In this document: positions 60,201-64,000 of the stretch, piece by piece | How the letters are laid out: the number at the start of each line of letters is the position of its first letter | How positions within the stretch are numbered: position 1 is the stretch's first letter | NCBI RefSeq assembly: GCF_964188315.1 | Contig: NC_135657.1 | Coordinates: forward strand, 66,402,001 to 66,466,000 | DNA length: 64,000 nt | Direction of reading: 5' to 3' | Source of the DNA: Podarcis muralis | Taxonomy: Eukaryota | Notes under the pieces: model-generated | The model's input: the letters and a program-made list of their open reading frames with translations, nothing else | Database searches by the model: none | What the model was told of the DNA's origin: nothing | Made by a program: the position numbers and the translations under genes

Positions 60201-61567
60201 GCTCAATGGCATGTTTTGTTTCCAGGCCTAGTTGCTGACCTTTAAAGCTCCAAATGCTCTAGGTCTGCACACCTTAGGGAGGGTCTCTTCCTCCCATACA
60301 TCTATTCCCATGTTCTCAGATCCACTGGGGCAAGCCTGCTCTGTGTCCTCCTTTTTAAAAGTGAAGGTGTGGAACCAAATTCTCCCGGTCTCTCTGGCGA
60401 CACATTCCAAACTGTGGAAATGCTTGTCTGGTGGTCCTTGCCTTATGGGTCTTTCAGCAACTGGTAAATGCCTGCTAACAAGCAAGCCCTGCAGATTTAT
60501 TGGCTGCTTTAATTACAGCTTGCATCCCCATCCTGGTCTGTGGCTTGTTTTATCCCATTGTTTTTAGCGATAATAGGGTTCATTAATGTACACCGCTTTG
60601 GATAATGCTTCCAGCAGAACTGTGATTTACACCTCCCTCAATGAATTACTACAAATAACATTTGAACAAGGCATGTTCTCCCCAACCCCAACCCCTCCTC
60701 CTCCTCCTCCTCCTCCTCTTTGCAGAGCTGCCTCATATTGATTGCTGCTCTTCCTTTCCTGCAAATGAAAACAGTTTGAGAAACCAAGGCAGAATGAAGA
60801 AAAAAGCAGTGGAGCCTTCAGGGCAGGAGTCCAGGGCCACACACAGCAGAATGAGCAGGAGGACCCACAAATACAGCAGAGATGGATTACCAAGTTTTAA
60901 TGTAAGTGGAGTAATTTGCACTGCCATCTAAAGAGGGATGCAGGGGGCATAAGACGATTAAGTCCAGAGTCTAAACTGCACCACTGAATGAAAGAGAAGA
61001 CCATTTGTAGGATTAGCAAAGAGAACAGTAGCTTATTTCTAACAAGTGTGGTGTAGAGGTTAGGGTGCCAGACTAGGGCTAGAGAGATATGGGTTTATAT
61101 CCCTACTTGGCAAAAAAGCTCATTGAGTGACCTTTAAGCAACCACAATCCCTCAGCCTACCTCAATAAAGTTGTTGTGAAGTTAACAATGGAGAGTGGGG
61201 AGAGGAGCAACTGAGCTCTTTGGAGAAAAAAGTGTAATAAATAAATAACTGTGCAATCACTGGGGAAGAAGGGAGGAACAAGGGAATTCTAAAGCATGTG
61301 AAACTTGGGAGACAGGTAAGGATACAAAATGTACAGACGTTTCCCCATACTTCTTCATACATTTCTAGCTACTGGTTTCAATTCCGTTCATATACGTTAA
61401 ACATTGATACACAATTATGGAAACATGGAAAATGACTATTTAGGAAGCACAAATGGCTTTACCACTAACCACAGAAGTTAGTGTTAGCTGAAAAACTAAT
61501 CACAAAACCCATCACATTAATTTTTTACTTTCCAGGAGACCTGATTTATTTTTGTTTCTTTACTTAC

Positions 61568-61692
61568 CAGTAGATTATAAGAAAGAGGGTCATACTGATA
61601 TAATCTCACTCCAGGATTGTTTGAGTCTACCTCAAATACGTCCATCACTGGTGTCACAGCAGGTGCCACAAACAAGGAGTTTACTGGCTTTT
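61568..61692 (-). CDS. SMPDL3A: SMPDL3A penultimate exon (125 nt; KPVNSLFVAPAVTPV...NNPGVRLYQYD...LL)
   Basis: Acceptor gttcAG at 61694-61693 and donor GTAAGT at 61567; phase 0 into the last exon; conserved APAVTP and NNPG.R motifs. Confidence 0.96.
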
Positions 61693-63045
61693 CTGAACGA
61701 TTACAAAACAAAAGGTTTGGGGAAATGGAGAAAGGTTTTAATAAGTGGCAATGTTTAAACTTACACATATGTTCACTACATTAGGACATGTACTTTGTGT
61801 CCTGCTCTTCCACCGGCACATTAAAAATCTTTATGCAATAACCACACATGGGAACCCCTCGCCACAATTTCTGATGCAGCCATCAATGCTTGCCAATCAT
61901 TAAAGTTATGCCAACTCCCTGAAGTAAAACTTATTTTGGAGATTTCACATTTTGGGGCAATGGATAGATTTAAATAACAATGAACACAGTTTTGAAATTG
62001 GGAGGGGTGTCTACTGTTCAGAGTAAAAAAGACTTAAAAAGCCACTGAAAGCCCCTTATGTGCACCTAAGCAACTTTTATGACCCTTGTCTTGATCTGAT
62101 TCTGGGTAATCCTCTGAAAGGCAGTCAAGGTATCTCTACAAAAGCCATGCTTAAGAAAGCTTTGTAAAAGCAAGACTTCTTCAGATGAATTTAGGCTGAA
62201 AACCTAAACACGTTTACTAGAGAGTCAGTCACATGTGGGACTTACTTCTAAGTAAACATACACAAATTTGTACTGCACAGTTGTCCAAAAAGAAAAACAC
62301 AATTCAATTTGACTACTTAGGGTTTTAAAAAATTATTTACACTGAGTTTGTCCATAAAGAATACATGGACCGCTTTTTTTAAAAAAAGTCAAATTGCATA
62401 AGCATTCACATCATTAAATTACTTGTATTTCTACTTAAAATGTGGAAATTTCCAGACATTATTAACTAGACTAGTTCAAAGCTTTTGGAACCTGTCACAT
62501 ACTTACTTGGCAGTATGTTCCATGGGAACTAGTCAGGCTTACTTCCAAGTAAACATGGGTAGGATTTGGCTGCATATCAATTAACTGAATTAATCAGCTA
62601 AAGAAGGGATGCTGTTGGAGTCCAACTTGTATCAGTCCCAACCAGCACGGTTAGTGCCCAGGGATAATGGGATTTGTAGTTGAACAACCAGAGGCTCTCC
62701 AGTTCCAGATTCCAGGACTAAAGATTTAATTGCTCACCAATTATCAACAAGCAAAAGGATTTTGGATGCTTCAAAAACCTGCTGTTGTTCAGGTTACACA
62801 AGCATACTGGTTTACATCTACAGATACCAGATTAAATGAAGAGGATAGGTTATCACTATGTGTATAAAAAATCAGTACATGCTCTGCTTTTCTGGGTGAA
62901 ACAATTTTGCTTTCCCTTCTAAGCCATAGGCAACTGAAGCAGACTGTCATCAATTGGAATGAATGCCAGCATGTCTCAAATGTGGATCTTCTACAATACA
63001 GACACTGAACTTGCTTATTTTTTATGTCATTTTGGGATGCTACTA

Positions 63046-63277
63046 CAGTGGTACCTCGGGATAAGTACTTAATTTGTTCTGGAGGTCTGTTCTTAACCTG
63101 AAACTGTTCTTAACCTGAAGCACCACTTTAGCTAATGGGGCCTCCTGCTGCCGCCGCGCCGCCGCAGCTGCTGTGCAATTTCTGTTCTCATCCTGAAGCA
63201 AAGTTCTTAATCCGAGGTACTATTTTTGGGTTAGTGGAGTCTGTAACCTGAAGCGTATGTATCCTGAGGTACCACTG
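63046..63277. mobile_element. Tc1/mariner MITE, family 1
   Basis: CAGTGGTACCTC TIRs and TA TSD. Confidence 0.9.
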
Positions 63278-64000
63278 TATTGGGATTGACATCAAATTAA
63301 AGAACATCCAGTTGGTTAAGCACCTGCTTTTTAATCAATTGACCAAATGATTATATCACTATTGGAAACTCAATATAGTGCCTTACTGAGATAACAACTG
63401 CCTTTGCAAATAACACTTCTGTGATTTGTTCATTTAAACCACAACGTGCCTTGGTTTAGCATGATGTCCGAACCAGCAAATGCAACACTAAGCCAATATG
63501 CTTATAGTTTGTTTAGGCCATGATGTTTAAAGGGATACAATATTTAAGTGGTGTTTCTTAGATTTTAATGCTTCCTGCTGCTGCAAGTTTCTTTGTTCAA
63601 TCTGAAACAACTTTAGAGAAGAATATATAATACTGCATATAATCTTGAAAGTTGGATGTTGGCTACATTTTACAGATTATTATGGGTTAGAAGACTCCTC
63701 TCTCCTTCTATCTTCACTCTCTGTTATTGTCTTAATTAACTCTTAAGCAGCAGGGAGCCCAGTACAGACAGAGACCTAGTAAAGATGCAGGAAACACACA
63801 GAAAAACTGAGTGTATCTAACAAGCTTGAGAACATTTCCTTCTGACACATTCTACAATGGGTAGGAACTGGCCAGTGTAATTTGCGACTGTCTCTGAAGA
63901 AACAGGAAGGAAAGATTTTTGTATAGGATCTGCTATTGTCTTATGATGAAGTGCGAACCTAACAAAAGAGCTGTTATGGCTCGTATTTGAAAATAAAGCA

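Overview
Vertebrate genomic DNA, almost certainly from a squamate and probably a lacertid lizard, judged from the Sauria SINEs, Bov-B and squamate-type MITEs. It holds three protein-coding genes: the 3' end of SMPDL3A (last two exons, minus strand), an intronless CCDC185-like coiled-coil gene (plus strand, CpG island), and the 5' part of CLVS2 (CpG-island promoter and first two coding exons, minus strand). There is a 979-nt assembly gap at 3879-4857. The intergenic DNA is dense in transposons, including a three-level nested hAT > Tc1/mariner MITE > solo-LTR stack. The most notable signal is a set of hammerhead-ribozyme motifs. Six copies of a minimal type I hammerhead sit in two Penelope-like (GIY-YIG) retroelement loci arranged as tandem and inverted repeats (29.7-30.8 kb and 46.7-48.2 kb; the latter has 650-bp inverted arms). 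A second, unrelated hammerhead with a 12-nt palindromic stem III lies in an otherwise unrecognised 487-bp insertion flanked by a 15-bp target-site duplication (35.1-35.6 kb). All calls are by eye; no database searches or folding programs were run.
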